Shown here: piece after piece, positions 43,032 through 55,791 of the stretch | Layout: each line of letters starts with the position of its first letter | Position numbering within the stretch: position 1 is the first letter of the stretch | Assembly (NCBI GenBank): GCA_023389055.1 | Contig: JAEWFA010000013.1 | Coordinates: 11,361-75,360 of the forward strand | Direction: 5' to 3' | DNA length: 64,000 nt | From: Pseudomonadota bacterium | Lineage (GTDB): Bacteria > Pseudomonadota > Gammaproteobacteria > Burkholderiales > Burkholderiaceae_E | Position numbers and translations under genes: made by a program | The notes under the pieces: generated by a model | What the model was told of the DNA's origin: nothing | Databases searched by the model: none | Seen by the model: only the letters and a program-made list of their open reading frames with translations

Positions 43032-44359
43032 TGCCCGCTTCGCTGCTCGAATGGCTCGCGCGGCTCGAGACGCTTCATCCGAAGACGATCGACCTCGGCC
43101 TGGAGCGCGTTCGCGAGGTCGCGCAGCGAATGCAACTGGCGCCGTCGGCGACGATCTTCACCGTGGGCGGCACCAACGGCAAGGGATCCAGCTGCGCGAT
43201 GCTCGAGGCGATCCTGCTCGCCGCGGGCTATCGCGTCGGCCTGTACACCTCGCCGCATCTGGTGCGCTTCAACGAGCGGATCCGCGTCGGCGGCCGCGCC
43301 GTCTCCGACGAGGCGATCGTCGAGCAGTTCGAAGCCGTGCAGGCGGCCCGCGGCGACACGTCGCTGACGTATTTCGAGTTCTCCACGCTCGCTGCGTTGC
43401 GACTGTTCTCGCGCGAGCCGCTCGATGTCGTGATCCTCGAGGTCGGCCTGGGCGGCCGTCTCGACGCGGTCAACGTCGTCGATGCCGACTGCGCGATCGT
43501 CACCAGCATCGATGTCGACCACGTCGAGTACCTCGGCGGCGATCGCGAGCGCATCGGCTGGGAGAAGGCGCACATCTTTCGCAGCGGCCGTCCCGCCGTC
43601 TGCAGCGATCCGATACCGCCGGCTTCGCTCGTGCAATACGCCGAGTCGATCGGCGCCGATCTCTGGCTGTGCGGCCGCGACTTCCATTACGTCGGCGACC
43701 GGCAACAGTGGTCGTATCGGGGCCGGGCGCAGCGGCGCAGCTCGATCGCGTATCCGGCGTTGCGCGGCGCGAACCAGTTGCTGAACGCCTCGGGCGTGCT
43801 GGCGGCGCTCGAGGCAATGCGCGAGCGCCTTCCGGTGAGCCAGCAGGCAGTGCGCCAGGGCTTCGCCGAGGTGGAACTGCCCGGACGCTTCCAGGTGCTC
43901 CCGGGCGTTCCCACCATCGTTCTGGATGTCGCGCACAATCCGCACGCCGTCGCGCATCTGGCGAGCAACCTCGACTCGATGGGCAGGGGCGGGCGAAATT
44001 ACGCGGTTTTCGGCGTGATGCGCGACAAGGATGTCGACGCGATCGTCGCCGCGGTGAAGGACCGCTTCGATGCGTGGTTCGTCACCGACCTGCCGGGAGC
44101 GCGCGCTGCGAGCGCGGACTGGATCGTCGAGCGCCTGCAGGCGGGCGACGTGCGGGCGCCGGATCCCGACGGCGACAAGGCCGGCGCCGAAAACGCGCGC
44201 ATCGAAGCGCATCGAACACCGAGCGCCGCTCTTGCTGCTGCGCGCGCCGTCGCGCAGCCAAATGATAGAATCATCGTCTTCGGATCTTTCCTCACTGTCG
44301 CGGATATTCTTGCCACTCGTGCCAGTTCGCCGGATCCGTCGTTGCGACGGCCCCACTGA
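43031..44359 (+). CDS. folC: Folylpolyglutamate/dihydrofolate synthase
   Basis: GTNGKGS, YTSPHL, EVGLGGRLDAVN, LDVAHNP, FGSF. Confidence 0.96.
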   Translation: MPASLLEWLARLETLHPKTIDLGLERVREVAQRMQLAPSATIFTVGGTNGKGSSCAMLEAILLAAGYRVGLYTSPHLVRFNERIRVGGRAVSDEAIVEQFEAVQAARGDTSLTYFEFSTLAALRLFSREPLDVVILEVGLGGRLDAVNVVDADCAIVTSIDVDHVEYLGGDRERIGWEKAHIFRSGRPAVCSDPIPPASLVQYAESIGADLWLCGRDFHYVGDRQQWSYRGRAQRRSSIAYPALRGANQLLNASGVLAALEAMRERLPVSQQAVRQGFAEVELPGRFQVLPGVPTIVLDVAHNPHAVAHLASNLDSMGRGGRNYAVFGVMRDKDVDAIVAAVKDRFDAWFVTDLPGARAASADWIVERLQAGDVRAPDPDGDKAGAENARIEAHRTPSAALAAARAVAQPNDRIIVFGSFLTVADILATRASSPDPSLRRPH

Positions 44360-44394
44360 AGCGCAGCTCGCAGCCGCGACACCCCGTTCCGCAG

Positions 44395-45180
44395 ATGGCG
44401 CGCCGTAACCCCGCCGACGGCGCCGCACTCGACCCGGCACTCACGCAGAAGAAGCGCGCGCGTCGGCGCCTCGTCGGCGCGCTCGTGCTGGGAGTCGCCG
44501 CGGCTACCGTCCTCCCGCTCGTGCTCGATTCCGAGCCGCGGCAGACGATCACCGACGTCGAAATCGAGATTCCTCCCCGGGAAGCGGCGCTGCCCGCGCT
44601 CGATGCGCCCGGGCAGTCCGAAGCCGCTGCGGCCCCTTCGACGGCGGCTGCCTCCGACGATGCCGTCGTGCCGCCGCCCGCCCCGGTCGATCCTGCGGCA
44701 TCCGCGCGGTCCGACCCGAAGGCCGATGCGCCGGCGAAGGCAGACGGCAAGCCGTCGCGCTCCGAGCCCACCGCGCAGGCAAGGACCGAGGCGGCGGCTG
44801 CGCCCGAGCGACGCAGCAGCGCGAAGACCGAGGCACCGAAAGTCGCCACCGCGAGACCGCAGGCCGACGCGGGCGCATCGGTGCGCGGCGAATCGGGCGC
44901 CGCGAAAACGACGTCGACGAAATCCGGCGCATCGGCCTCTGCCGCCGGCTCGCGCTTCGCGCTGCAACTGGGCGCCTTCGCCAACGCCGGCAGCGCGCGG
45001 GCGCAACTCGACAAGGCTCGGCGCACCGGGCTTCGCGGATACACCGAGACGGTCAGCACTGCGCAGGGCGACCGTACGCGGGTGCGCGTCGGCCCGTTCG
45101 CGACGCGCGAGGAGGCCGAGAAGGCGCGCGCGACGCTCAAGCTCTCGGGAATCGATTCGTCCGTCGTGGACGCGAGGTGA
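44395..45180 (+). CDS. dedD: SPOR domain cell division protein DedD-like
   Basis: RARRRLVGA + TM, low-complexity linker, SPOR LQLGAF...RVRVGPF; between folC and cvpA. Confidence 0.85.
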   Translation: MARRNPADGAALDPALTQKKRARRRLVGALVLGVAAATVLPLVLDSEPRQTITDVEIEIPPREAALPALDAPGQSEAAAAPSTAAASDDAVVPPPAPVDPAASARSDPKADAPAKADGKPSRSEPTAQARTEAAAAPERRSSAKTEAPKVATARPQADAGASVRGESGAAKTTSTKSGASASAAGSRFALQLGAFANAGSARAQLDKARRTGLRGYTETVSTAQGDRTRVRVGPFATREEAEKARATLKLSGIDSSVVDAR

Positions 45181-45707
45181 CTGTCGAACAACTCACCGGC
45201 TGGGACTACTTCGTGCTGGCGACGCTGGCGATCTCGATCGCGCTCGGTGCGATGCGCGGACTCGTGCGAACCGTCTTCGCGCTCGCCGCGTGGGTCGTCG
45301 CACTGCTCGGCGCACCGCTCGCCACGCCGCCGTTGATCGCCTTCACCGGGTGGAGCTTCCCGCCGCTGTTCGTCGGCGTGCTCGTCTTCTTCGTGCTGCT
45401 CGTGGCGGTGCGCCTGCTCGGCTCGTTGCTCGCTCGGGCGCTGTCGCGCGTGGGTTTGGGCGTTGCGGATCGCACGCTCGGCTCGGCGCTCGGCGTGCTG
45501 CGCGCGCTCGTCGTCATCACGATCGTCGCGATCGCCGGGCGGGAACTGGGCGCCCACCGCGAGGCCGCCTGGCAGCAGGCGCTGTCCCGGCCGCTGCTCG
45601 ACGTGCTCGTGTCGTGGGTCGATCCGTGGCTCCCCACGCGTAAAGTGCAGCGGCAACCCGTGCGAACCACCGAGCGAGGCGCGACATGTGCGGAATCCTG
45701 GGCGTAG
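45177..45707 (+). CDS. cvpA: Colicin V production family membrane protein
   Basis: DYFVL, RGLVR, DRTLG..LG..R; directly upstream of purF. Confidence 0.85.
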   Translation: MTVEQLTGWDYFVLATLAISIALGAMRGLVRTVFALAAWVVALLGAPLATPPLIAFTGWSFPPLFVGVLVFFVLLVAVRLLGSLLARALSRVGLGVADRTLGSALGVLRALVVITIVAIAGRELGAHREAAWQQALSRPLLDVLVSWVDPWLPTRKVQRQPVRTTERGATCAESWA

Positions 45708-47212
45708 TAGCGCGCTCTCCGGTCAACCAGTTGCTCTACGACGGCCTGCTGCTGCTGCAGCATCGCGGCCAGGACGCCGCCGGCATCGCGACCGAGCAGG
45801 GAAAGTCGTTCCAGATGCAGAAGGGCAACGGCCTGGTTCGCGACGTCTTTCGCACGCGCAACATGCGCTCGCTGCCCGGAACGACGGGCATCGCGCACGT
45901 GCGCTATCCGACGGCCGGTTCGGCGGGCAACTCGGCCGAGGCGCAGCCGTTCTACGTCAACGCGCCGTTCGGGCTGCTGCTGGCGCACAACGGCAACCTG
46001 ACGAATGCCGAGCAGCTGAAGGACGAGATGTTTCGCCGCGACCGGCGACACGTCAACACCGATTCCGATTCCGAAGTGCTCCTCAACGTGCTCGCCAACT
46101 CGCTGCAGGCGAGCGCGCGCGGCGTATCGCTCGACGCCGACACGATCTTCGATGCGGTGGTCGAGGTGCACCGGCGCGTGCGCGGAGCCTACGCATGCGT
46201 GGCCGAGATCGCCGGGCACGGCATTCTCGCGTTCCGCGATCCCTTCGGCATCCGGCCGCTGTGCTACGGCGTCTCGGAGACCGAGCGCGGCACCGAATAC
46301 CTGGTCGCCTCCGAGTCGGTCGCGCTCGAGGGCCTGGGTTTTCGCCTGGTGCGCGACGTCGCGCCGGGCGAGGCCGTCTTCATCGACCTCGACGGCAACT
46401 TCCATGCGCGCCAATGCGCGCCCGATCCCCGGCTCGTGCCGTGCGTGTTCGAGTACGTCTACTTCGCGCGGCCCGATTCGATCCTGGACGGTGCGAGCGT
46501 GTATGCGGCGCGCCTGCGCATGGGCGAGCACCTCGCCGAGCGCCTCGCGCACGAGCTGTGGCGCGGCGACGTCGACGTGGTGATGCCGATTCCCGACACC
46601 TCGCGGCCGTCGGCGATGCAACTCGCGATGAAGCTCGGGCTCACCTATCGCGAGGGTTTCCTGAAGAATCGCTACGTCGGGCGCACGTTCATCATGCCCG
46701 GGCAGGCGGTGCGCAGGAGGTCGGTGCGCCAGAAGCTCAACGCGATGAGCGTGGAGTTCAAGGGCAAGAACGTCCTGCTCGTCGACGATTCCATCGTGCG
46801 CGGCACGACCTCGCGCGAGATCGTGCAGATGGCGCGAGATTCGGGCGCCAACAAGGTCTACTTCGCGTCGGCGGCGCCTCCCGTGCGGTTCCCGAACGTC
46901 TACGGCATCGACATGCCGACGCGCGGCGAGTTGATCGCGTACGGCCGCAGCGACGAGGAGATCCGCCGGGCGATCGGCGCCGATGCGCTGATCTACCAGA
47001 GCGTCGAGGCGATGCAGCAGTCGGTCACCGACGTCGCGCCGCACCTGACCGAGTTCGAGTCCTCGTGCTTCGATGGGCATTACGTCACCGGCGACATCAC
47101 GCCGGAATACCTCGACCGCATCGAGCGCGAGCGCCTGGCGGGCGTTGCCCCGGTGGACGACGACCTGCCTCGCAACCAGATGAGCCTGCATTTCCAGGCG
47201 ATGCAGGAGTGA
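45686..47212 (+). CDS. purF: Amidophosphoribosyltransferase
   Basis: N-terminal MCG, QHRGQD, HNGN, LLVDDSIVRGTT. Confidence 0.97.
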   Translation: MCGILGVVARSPVNQLLYDGLLLLQHRGQDAAGIATEQGKSFQMQKGNGLVRDVFRTRNMRSLPGTTGIAHVRYPTAGSAGNSAEAQPFYVNAPFGLLLAHNGNLTNAEQLKDEMFRRDRRHVNTDSDSEVLLNVLANSLQASARGVSLDADTIFDAVVEVHRRVRGAYACVAEIAGHGILAFRDPFGIRPLCYGVSETERGTEYLVASESVALEGLGFRLVRDVAPGEAVFIDLDGNFHARQCAPDPRLVPCVFEYVYFARPDSILDGASVYAARLRMGEHLAERLAHELWRGDVDVVMPIPDTSRPSAMQLAMKLGLTYREGFLKNRYVGRTFIMPGQAVRRRSVRQKLNAMSVEFKGKNVLLVDDSIVRGTTSREIVQMARDSGANKVYFASAAPPVRFPNVYGIDMPTRGELIAYGRSDEEIRRAIGADALIYQSVEAMQQSVTDVAPHLTEFESSCFDGHYVTGDITPEYLDRIERERLAGVAPVDDDLPRNQMSLHFQAMQE

Positions 47213-47222
47213 GGTGCGCGCG

Positions 47223-48464
47223 ATGAGCGATCGCCCGCAGCAACAAGACGGCGAACCTCCGGCGCCCGAAGGCGGCGAAGCGGACGCTTCGCGCTGGGCC
47301 TTCGAGACGCGCGCGGTACGCGCCGGTTTCGAGCGCACGTCGTACGGCGAGCACGACGAGCCGATCTTCCTCACGTCGAGCTTCGTGCACGACAGCGCAG
47401 CGCACGCCGCGGCCAAGTTCGCCGGCGAGGCGGGCGGCTACATCTATTCACGCTTCGGCAATCCGACGGTGCGCCTGTTCGAGCAGCGCCTCGCGTCGCT
47501 CGAGGGGGCCGAGGAGTGCCGCGCCACCGCGTCGGGAATGGCGGCGATCCAGGCCGTGCTCGTGAGCCTCACGCGCGCGGGCGACCACGTCGTCTGCGCA
47601 CAGGGCGTGTTCGGCACGACGATGCAGCTGTTCGCGCTTTTCCAGCGCTACGACATCGAGACGACCTTTGTGCCGCTCGCCGACCCGCAGGCGTGGGGCA
47701 AAGCGATCCGGCCGAACACGCGGATGCTGTTCGTCGAGACGCCGTCGAACCCGCTCACCGAGGTCGCCGACCTGCGGGCGCTGTCGTCGCTCGCTCGCGA
47801 ACGCGGCGTCGCGCTCGTCGTCGACAACTGCTTCTGCACGCCGGCATTGCAGCGCCCGCTCGCATTGGGCGCGGACGTCGTCGTGCACTCGGCCACCAAG
47901 TACCTGGACGGGCAGGGTCGCGTCATCGGCGGCGCGGTGCTCGGTTCGAAGCGCTACATGGACGAACTGCTGCAGCCGGTGCTGCGCTACGGCGGTCCCA
48001 CGCTGTCGGCGTTCAACGCGTGGGTGCTGGCCAAGGGCCTGGAGACGCTTTCGCTGCGCATGGAGCGGCACGCGCAGAACGCGCTCGCCGTCGCGCGCTG
48101 GCTCGAGTCGCGGCCGGCCGTCGAGCGCGTGCGCTACCCGTGGCTCGAATCGCATCCGCAGCACGCGTTGGCCCGCGCGCAGCAGCGCGCAGGAGGAGCC
48201 GTGCTGTCCTTCGAGGTCCGCGGCGCCGACGATGCCGAGCGCAAGGAACGCGCGTGGCGGATCGTCGATGCCTGCCGCCTGCTGTCGATCACCGCGAATC
48301 TCGGCGACGTCAAGTCGACGATCACGCACCCGGCGAGCACGACGCACGGACGCATGCCGATCGAGGCCCGCCGCCAGACGGGAATCGGCGAAGGCATGTT
48401 GCGCGTGGCCGTGGGGCTGGAGGACCCCGGGGACGTCTGCGAGGATCTGGGCAGGGGAATGTGA
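47223..48464 (+). CDS. metZ: O-succinylhomoserine sulfhydrylase
   Basis: YSRFGNPT, SGMAAI, DNCF, HSATKYLDGQGR, ITHPASTTHGR; follows purF. Confidence 0.9.
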   Translation: MSDRPQQQDGEPPAPEGGEADASRWAFETRAVRAGFERTSYGEHDEPIFLTSSFVHDSAAHAAAKFAGEAGGYIYSRFGNPTVRLFEQRLASLEGAEECRATASGMAAIQAVLVSLTRAGDHVVCAQGVFGTTMQLFALFQRYDIETTFVPLADPQAWGKAIRPNTRMLFVETPSNPLTEVADLRALSSLARERGVALVVDNCFCTPALQRPLALGADVVVHSATKYLDGQGRVIGGAVLGSKRYMDELLQPVLRYGGPTLSAFNAWVLAKGLETLSLRMERHAQNALAVARWLESRPAVERVRYPWLESHPQHALARAQQRAGGAVLSFEVRGADDAERKERAWRIVDACRLLSITANLGDVKSTITHPASTTHGRMPIEARRQTGIGEGMLRVAVGLEDPGDVCEDLGRGM

Positions 48465-48489
48465 AGGGTGAAGGGTGAAGGGTCAAGGG
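48462..48489 (+). repeat. Tandem heptamer array (TGAAGGG)x3 + TCAAGGG
   Basis: Read directly between the convergent metZ and dnaE2 stops. Confidence 0.9.
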
Positions 48490-48492
48490 CTT

Positions 48493-51669
<3,177 letters not shown>

Positions 51670-51686
51670 GGGACTGCTCGGCGATG

Positions 51687-51706
51687 TACTGTACCGATAT
51701 ACAGTA
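51687..51706. promoter_or_regulatory. LexA SOS box upstream of dnaE2
   Basis: TACTGT-ACCGATAT-ACAGTA (CTGT-N8-ACAG), 17 nt upstream of the GTG start. Confidence 0.88.
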
Positions 51707-51750
51707 TCTCACGGGCCGCCTGCCAGGCTCGCCGGTTCACGCTCCCTCGT

Positions 51751-52548
51751 TCAGGCTCCCTTCTTCGCCACGCCGATCTCGCCGGTCGCGTCGCTGCCGT
51801 CCTTGAGCCGAACGCCGGTCGCTCCGAGCCTGCGCGCCGCGTCGACGAGCCATGCGATCCGTCGCGCGGCTTCCGATGCGGCCAGCCCTTCCGGACGAAT
51901 GTTCGACACGCAATTGCGCTCCGCGTCGGTACGGCCGACGCGCGGTCGCCACGTCAGGTAGGCACCGAGGCTGTCGGGCGACGAGAGCCCCGGACGCTCG
52001 CCGACGAGGACGACGACGAGTCCGGCGCGCAGCCGTTCGCCGATCTCGTCGCCGAGCGCAACGCGCGCCCGATGCGCGAGCACGACCGGTCCGAGCCGCA
52101 GCCCGAGAGCCTCGAAGCGCGCGCGCAACTCGATCAGCAGGGCGCTCGCGTGACGATGCACCGCCGGGGCCGACAACCCGTCGCCGACGACGCACAACAC
52201 ATCGCAGCCGCCGCCGGCGGCCGTGTCGAGCATCGCTCGGTCTCCGCCGGACAACCGCCTGCCGAGGTCGGGTCGATGCAGGTAGGTCGCGCGATCGGGC
52301 GCTGCGCTGCGGACCTCGAGCAGGTCGAAGCCGTGTACGGTGAGCTCCGCCCGCACGCGCTCGGCGTCGAACGCCACGTGGACCGCGTCGCGCGCCTGCG
52401 CGTGCGCAAGACCCAGGCGCAGCACTTCGACGCTCGGCAGGCTCGCGCCGCATCGCCCCAGAGCGAGGCGCGCGGCGGTGTGCCGGCGCAGTTCCGTCCA
52501 CGGGTCGCTTTGCACAGCGTCGCTTACCGCCCGCCCCCGGTCGCTCAC
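51751..52548 (-). CDS. eutC: Ethanolamine ammonia-lyase small subunit
   Basis: TAARLALGR, HAQARDAV, YLHRPDLGR, GERPGLSSPDSLG, RNCVSNI; GTGA overlap with eutB. Confidence 0.93.
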   Translation of the reverse strand: MSDRGRAVSDAVQSDPWTELRRHTAARLALGRCGASLPSVEVLRLGLAHAQARDAVHVAFDAERVRAELTVHGFDLLEVRSAAPDRATYLHRPDLGRRLSGGDRAMLDTAAGGGCDVLCVVGDGLSAPAVHRHASALLIELRARFEALGLRLGPVVLAHRARVALGDEIGERLRAGLVVVLVGERPGLSSPDSLGAYLTWRPRVGRTDAERNCVSNIRPEGLAASEAARRIAWLVDAARRLGATGVRLKDGSDATGEIGVAKKGA

Positions 52549-53945
52549 CGCGCATCCCCTGTTGCACTCGAAGCGATGCCGGCGAGCAGGCGATGGCCGC
52601 TGGAGACGGGGAGCAAGCGGCCCGCCGAATCGGTGACCCCGATGCGCTCGAGCCACGCTTCGAACTCGGGGGCGCGGCGCAGCCCGAGCAACGCGCGCAG
52701 GTACAGCGCGTCGTGGAACGACGTGCTCTGGTAGTTCAGCATCACGTCGTCGGCACCCGGCACACCCATCACGTAGGTGACGCCCGCCGCGCCGAGCAGC
52801 GTCAGCAGCGTGTCCATGTCGTCGAAGTCTGCCTCGGCGTGGTTCGTGTGGCAGACGTCGCAGCCGAGCGGCAGCCCGAGCAGCTTGCCGCAGAAGTGAT
52901 CTTCGAGGCCGGCGCGCACGATCTGCTTGCCGTCGTACAGATACTCGGGACCGATGAAGCCGACCACCGTGTTCACGAGCAACGGCGAGAACGCGCGCGC
53001 CACCGCGTAGGCCCGCGCTTCGCAGGTCTGCTGGTCGACGCCGTGATGCGCGTCGGCAGACAGCGCCGAGCCCTGGCCGGTTTCGAAGTACATCACGTTG
53101 TCGCCGATCGTGCCGCGCTGGAGCGACCGTGCGGCGTCGTGCGCCTCGCGCAGCAGCGCGAGATCGACGCCGAACGCGGCATTGGCCTTCTCGGTGCCGG
53201 CCACCGACTGGAACACCAGATCGACCGGCGCGCCGGCCTCGATCATCCGCAACGTGTTCGTCACGTGCGTCAGCACGCAGCCCTGCGTCGGGATCTGGTG
53301 GCGGTCGATGACGTCGGCGAGCATGTCGACCAGCGATACCAGAGCCCGAAGGCCGTCGCCGGCCGGGTTGATGCCGATGACGGCGTCGCCGCAGCCGTAC
53401 AGCAATCCGTCGAGCATCGACGCGGCGATGCCGCGAAGGTCGTCGATCGGATGGTTCGGCTGCAGCCGTACCGAGAGCCGTCCGGGCAGGCCGATCGTGT
53501 CGCGGAAACGGGTCACCACGCGGCACTTGCGCGCGACGAGGATCAGGTCCTGGTTGCGCATCAGCTTGCTGACCGCCGCCACCATTTCCGGCGTAAGGCC
53601 GGGGGCGAGCGCGGCGAGCGACGTCTCGTGCGCGGCGTCGGAAAGCAGCCAGTCGCGGAAGTCGCCGACTGTCGAATGGCGCACCGGCGCGAACGCGTCG
53701 GCGTCATGCGTGTCGACGATCAGCCGCGTCACCTCGTCGTCCTCGTACGGGATCAGCGCTTCGTCGAGAAACGTCGACAGCGGCAACTCGGCCAGGGCGA
53801 AGCGCGCCGCCATCCGCTCCTCGGCCGATTGCGCGGCGATGCCCGCGAGCTGGTCGCCCGAACGCAGCGGCGTCGCCTTCGCCATCAGCGACTTCAGGTC
53901 TTCGAAGCGGTGCGTGCGGCGGCCGATGGTGTGCGCGTAGGCCAT
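52545..53945 (-). CDS. eutB: Ethanolamine ammonia-lyase large subunit
   Basis: ATPLRSGDQLAG, RLQPNHP, YFETGQGS, GFIGPEYLY, NYQSTSFHD. Confidence 0.95.
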   Translation of the reverse strand: MAYAHTIGRRTHRFEDLKSLMAKATPLRSGDQLAGIAAQSAEERMAARFALAELPLSTFLDEALIPYEDDEVTRLIVDTHDADAFAPVRHSTVGDFRDWLLSDAAHETSLAALAPGLTPEMVAAVSKLMRNQDLILVARKCRVVTRFRDTIGLPGRLSVRLQPNHPIDDLRGIAASMLDGLLYGCGDAVIGINPAGDGLRALVSLVDMLADVIDRHQIPTQGCVLTHVTNTLRMIEAGAPVDLVFQSVAGTEKANAAFGVDLALLREAHDAARSLQRGTIGDNVMYFETGQGSALSADAHHGVDQQTCEARAYAVARAFSPLLVNTVVGFIGPEYLYDGKQIVRAGLEDHFCGKLLGLPLGCDVCHTNHAEADFDDMDTLLTLLGAAGVTYVMGVPGADDVMLNYQSTSFHDALYLRALLGLRRAPEFEAWLERIGVTDSAGRLLPVSSGHRLLAGIASSATGDAR

Positions 53946-54043
53946 TTTCCTGCTCTGGTGCGGACGGTCGCGCGCGGCGACGACACCCACAGTAACGCGA
54001 ACGCCGATCGACGTCCCGTTGCCCCCTGGCCGTGCTGCCGCGT

Positions 54044-54928
54044 TCAGGCGCGATTGACCAGCACGATTCCCCCCGCGATCAGCGCGAGCGCGACGAGGAT
54101 CGACGCGCCGACCGGCTCGCCGAGCAGCGCCGCGCCGGCGAGCACGCCGAACAGCGGCGTGAGGAACGTGAATGCGTGCAGCGTCGTTGCGCGATAGTGC
54201 GCCACGAGCCAGAACCAGGCGAGGTAGCTCGCGCAGGCGATGACGACGGTCTGGAATGCGAGCGACGCCCAGACGATCGGCGAAGCCGCGAAAACGCCGG
54301 ACTCGCCGAACGCGTACGACAGCGCGACGAGAACGACGGCCGAGATGCCGAGCTGATACAGCAACGTGATCTCCGGCGCGGTTCGGCGCAGCACGCTCGT
54401 CTTGATGACGATCGTCGTCGCCGCCCAGAACAACGCGGCCGCCAGGCACAGCGCGTCGCCGAGCAGCGCGATCGGCTCCGACGTTCCCAGGCGCGCGCCG
54501 AAGGCGACGACCAGGCCGACGAAGGCGGCGACCAGCCCGGCAACCTTTTGCCGGCTCAGGCGGTCGCCCGGAACGAAGCGGTGCGCGCCGATCGCGACGA
54601 AGAAGGGCGCGGCATAGAGAAGCAGCACCGCTCGGACGGCGGTCGTATAAACGAGACCGACGAACAGGCACGCGAACTCGGCGGCGAACAGCACTCCGAC
54701 GAGCACGCCGGGTGCGAGGCTCTCGCCGTGCTCGCGCAACGAAATGCCGCGTCGGAAGATCCACGCCGACAGCAGCAGCGCCGCACCGATCGAGCGCAGC
54801 GCCGCCTGCCATACCGGCGAGATGCCGGTGTTGCCGACCTTCGTGGCCACCTGTCCGAGGCCCCAGATCGAGCAGAGGACGATCTGCGTGGCAACGGCCC
54901 GCGGCGGCAGCGTGGAGGAGTCGGTCAC
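54044..54928 (-). CDS. DMT/EamA family transporter
   Basis: About ten hydrophobic helices in two repeats, IWG, FLTPLFG..LLGE. Confidence 0.88.
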   Translation of the reverse strand: MTDSSTLPPRAVATQIVLCSIWGLGQVATKVGNTGISPVWQAALRSIGAALLLSAWIFRRGISLREHGESLAPGVLVGVLFAAEFACLFVGLVYTTAVRAVLLLYAAPFFVAIGAHRFVPGDRLSRQKVAGLVAAFVGLVVAFGARLGTSEPIALLGDALCLAAALFWAATTIVIKTSVLRRTAPEITLLYQLGISAVVLVALSYAFGESGVFAASPIVWASLAFQTVVIACASYLAWFWLVAHYRATTLHAFTFLTPLFGVLAGAALLGEPVGASILVALALIAGGIVLVNRA

Positions 54929-54980
54929 GAGCGGCGTTATACCGCAACCATGACGGGAACTGCGCGTAGCATGGGCCGCC

Positions 54981-55664
54981 ATGCCCGCGCCCGATCCCGA
55001 CCGAGAACCGCGCGAACCGCGCGAACCGCGCGAGGCGCTCGCGGCGCTGCGCCGCGCACTGCAGCGCTGCCGCGAATGCCCGCTCGGGTACCTCGCCACG
55101 CAGGGCGTCGCCGGCGAGGGGTCGGTGCGCCCCGCGCTGATGCTCGTCGGCGAAGTGCCCGGCGACCAGGAGGATCTTCAGGGTCACCCTTTCGTCGGCC
55201 CGGCCGGCAAGCTGCTCTTTCGCGCCATCGACTCGCTGGGCTGGCCGCGCGAGGCGCTGTTCGTCACGAACGCCGTCAAGCACTTCAAGTTCGAGCTGCG
55301 CGGCAAGCGGCGCATCCACAAGACGCCTTCGCAGCGCGAAGCTTCGGCCTGCCTGCACTGGCTGGAGGACGAGATCGCGCTCGTCGCGCCGCGGGCGGCG
55401 ATCGCGCTCGGCGCCACCGCGGCGCGCTCGCTGATGCATCGGACCGTGGCCGTCACGCGCGAGCATGGTCGATGGTTGCGACGCGACGACGATCTGCGCG
55501 TGCTCGTCGCGTTGCATCCGTCGGCGCTGCTGCGCATCCGCGGCGAGGAGCGAGAGCCGGCGTACGAGCAGTGGCTGGAAGACCTGCGCAACGCCGGGGA
55601 GGTCGTCGACGAATGGACGCAGCGGCGCCCGGCGGGCGCCGCTGCGGCCGGTGCGCGATCGTGA
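54981..55664 (+). CDS. udgX: UdgX-type uracil-DNA glycosylase (family 4 fold)
   Basis: CRECP, GEVPG, FVGPAG, KHFK...KRRIH R-loop, HPSALLR. Confidence 0.85.
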   Translation: MPAPDPDREPREPREPREALAALRRALQRCRECPLGYLATQGVAGEGSVRPALMLVGEVPGDQEDLQGHPFVGPAGKLLFRAIDSLGWPREALFVTNAVKHFKFELRGKRRIHKTPSQREASACLHWLEDEIALVAPRAAIALGATAARSLMHRTVAVTREHGRWLRRDDDLRVLVALHPSALLRIRGEEREPAYEQWLEDLRNAGEVVDEWTQRRPAGAAAAGARS

Positions 55665-55697
55665 AGGCGCCAATTCGGGACGCCCCTTGTTGCGCCG

Positions 55698-55715
55698 CCT
55701 TCATCGGTCTGTCAA
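55698..55715 (+). promoter_or_regulatory. Putative PhoB (Pho) box upstream of ugpB
   Basis: CCTTCAT-CGGT-CTGTCAA, two half-sites on 11-bp spacing resembling CTGTCAT-N4-CTGTCAY. Confidence 0.5.
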
Positions 55716-55791
55716 ATTGGCGCCGCATCATTTCGGCTGCCCGCAAGGGCGAACCGGCGCGAGGCGCCTGACGAAATCGAGGAGAGTGCAG

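Noticed and set aside
48462..48489. Heptamer arrays as CRISPR repeats
   Set aside because: 7-nt tandem units without spacers, and no cas genes in the window.
55005..55031. (GAACCGCGC)x3 at the start of udgX
   Set aside because: In-frame 9-nt slippage repeat in a variable N-terminus; cannot cause phase variation.
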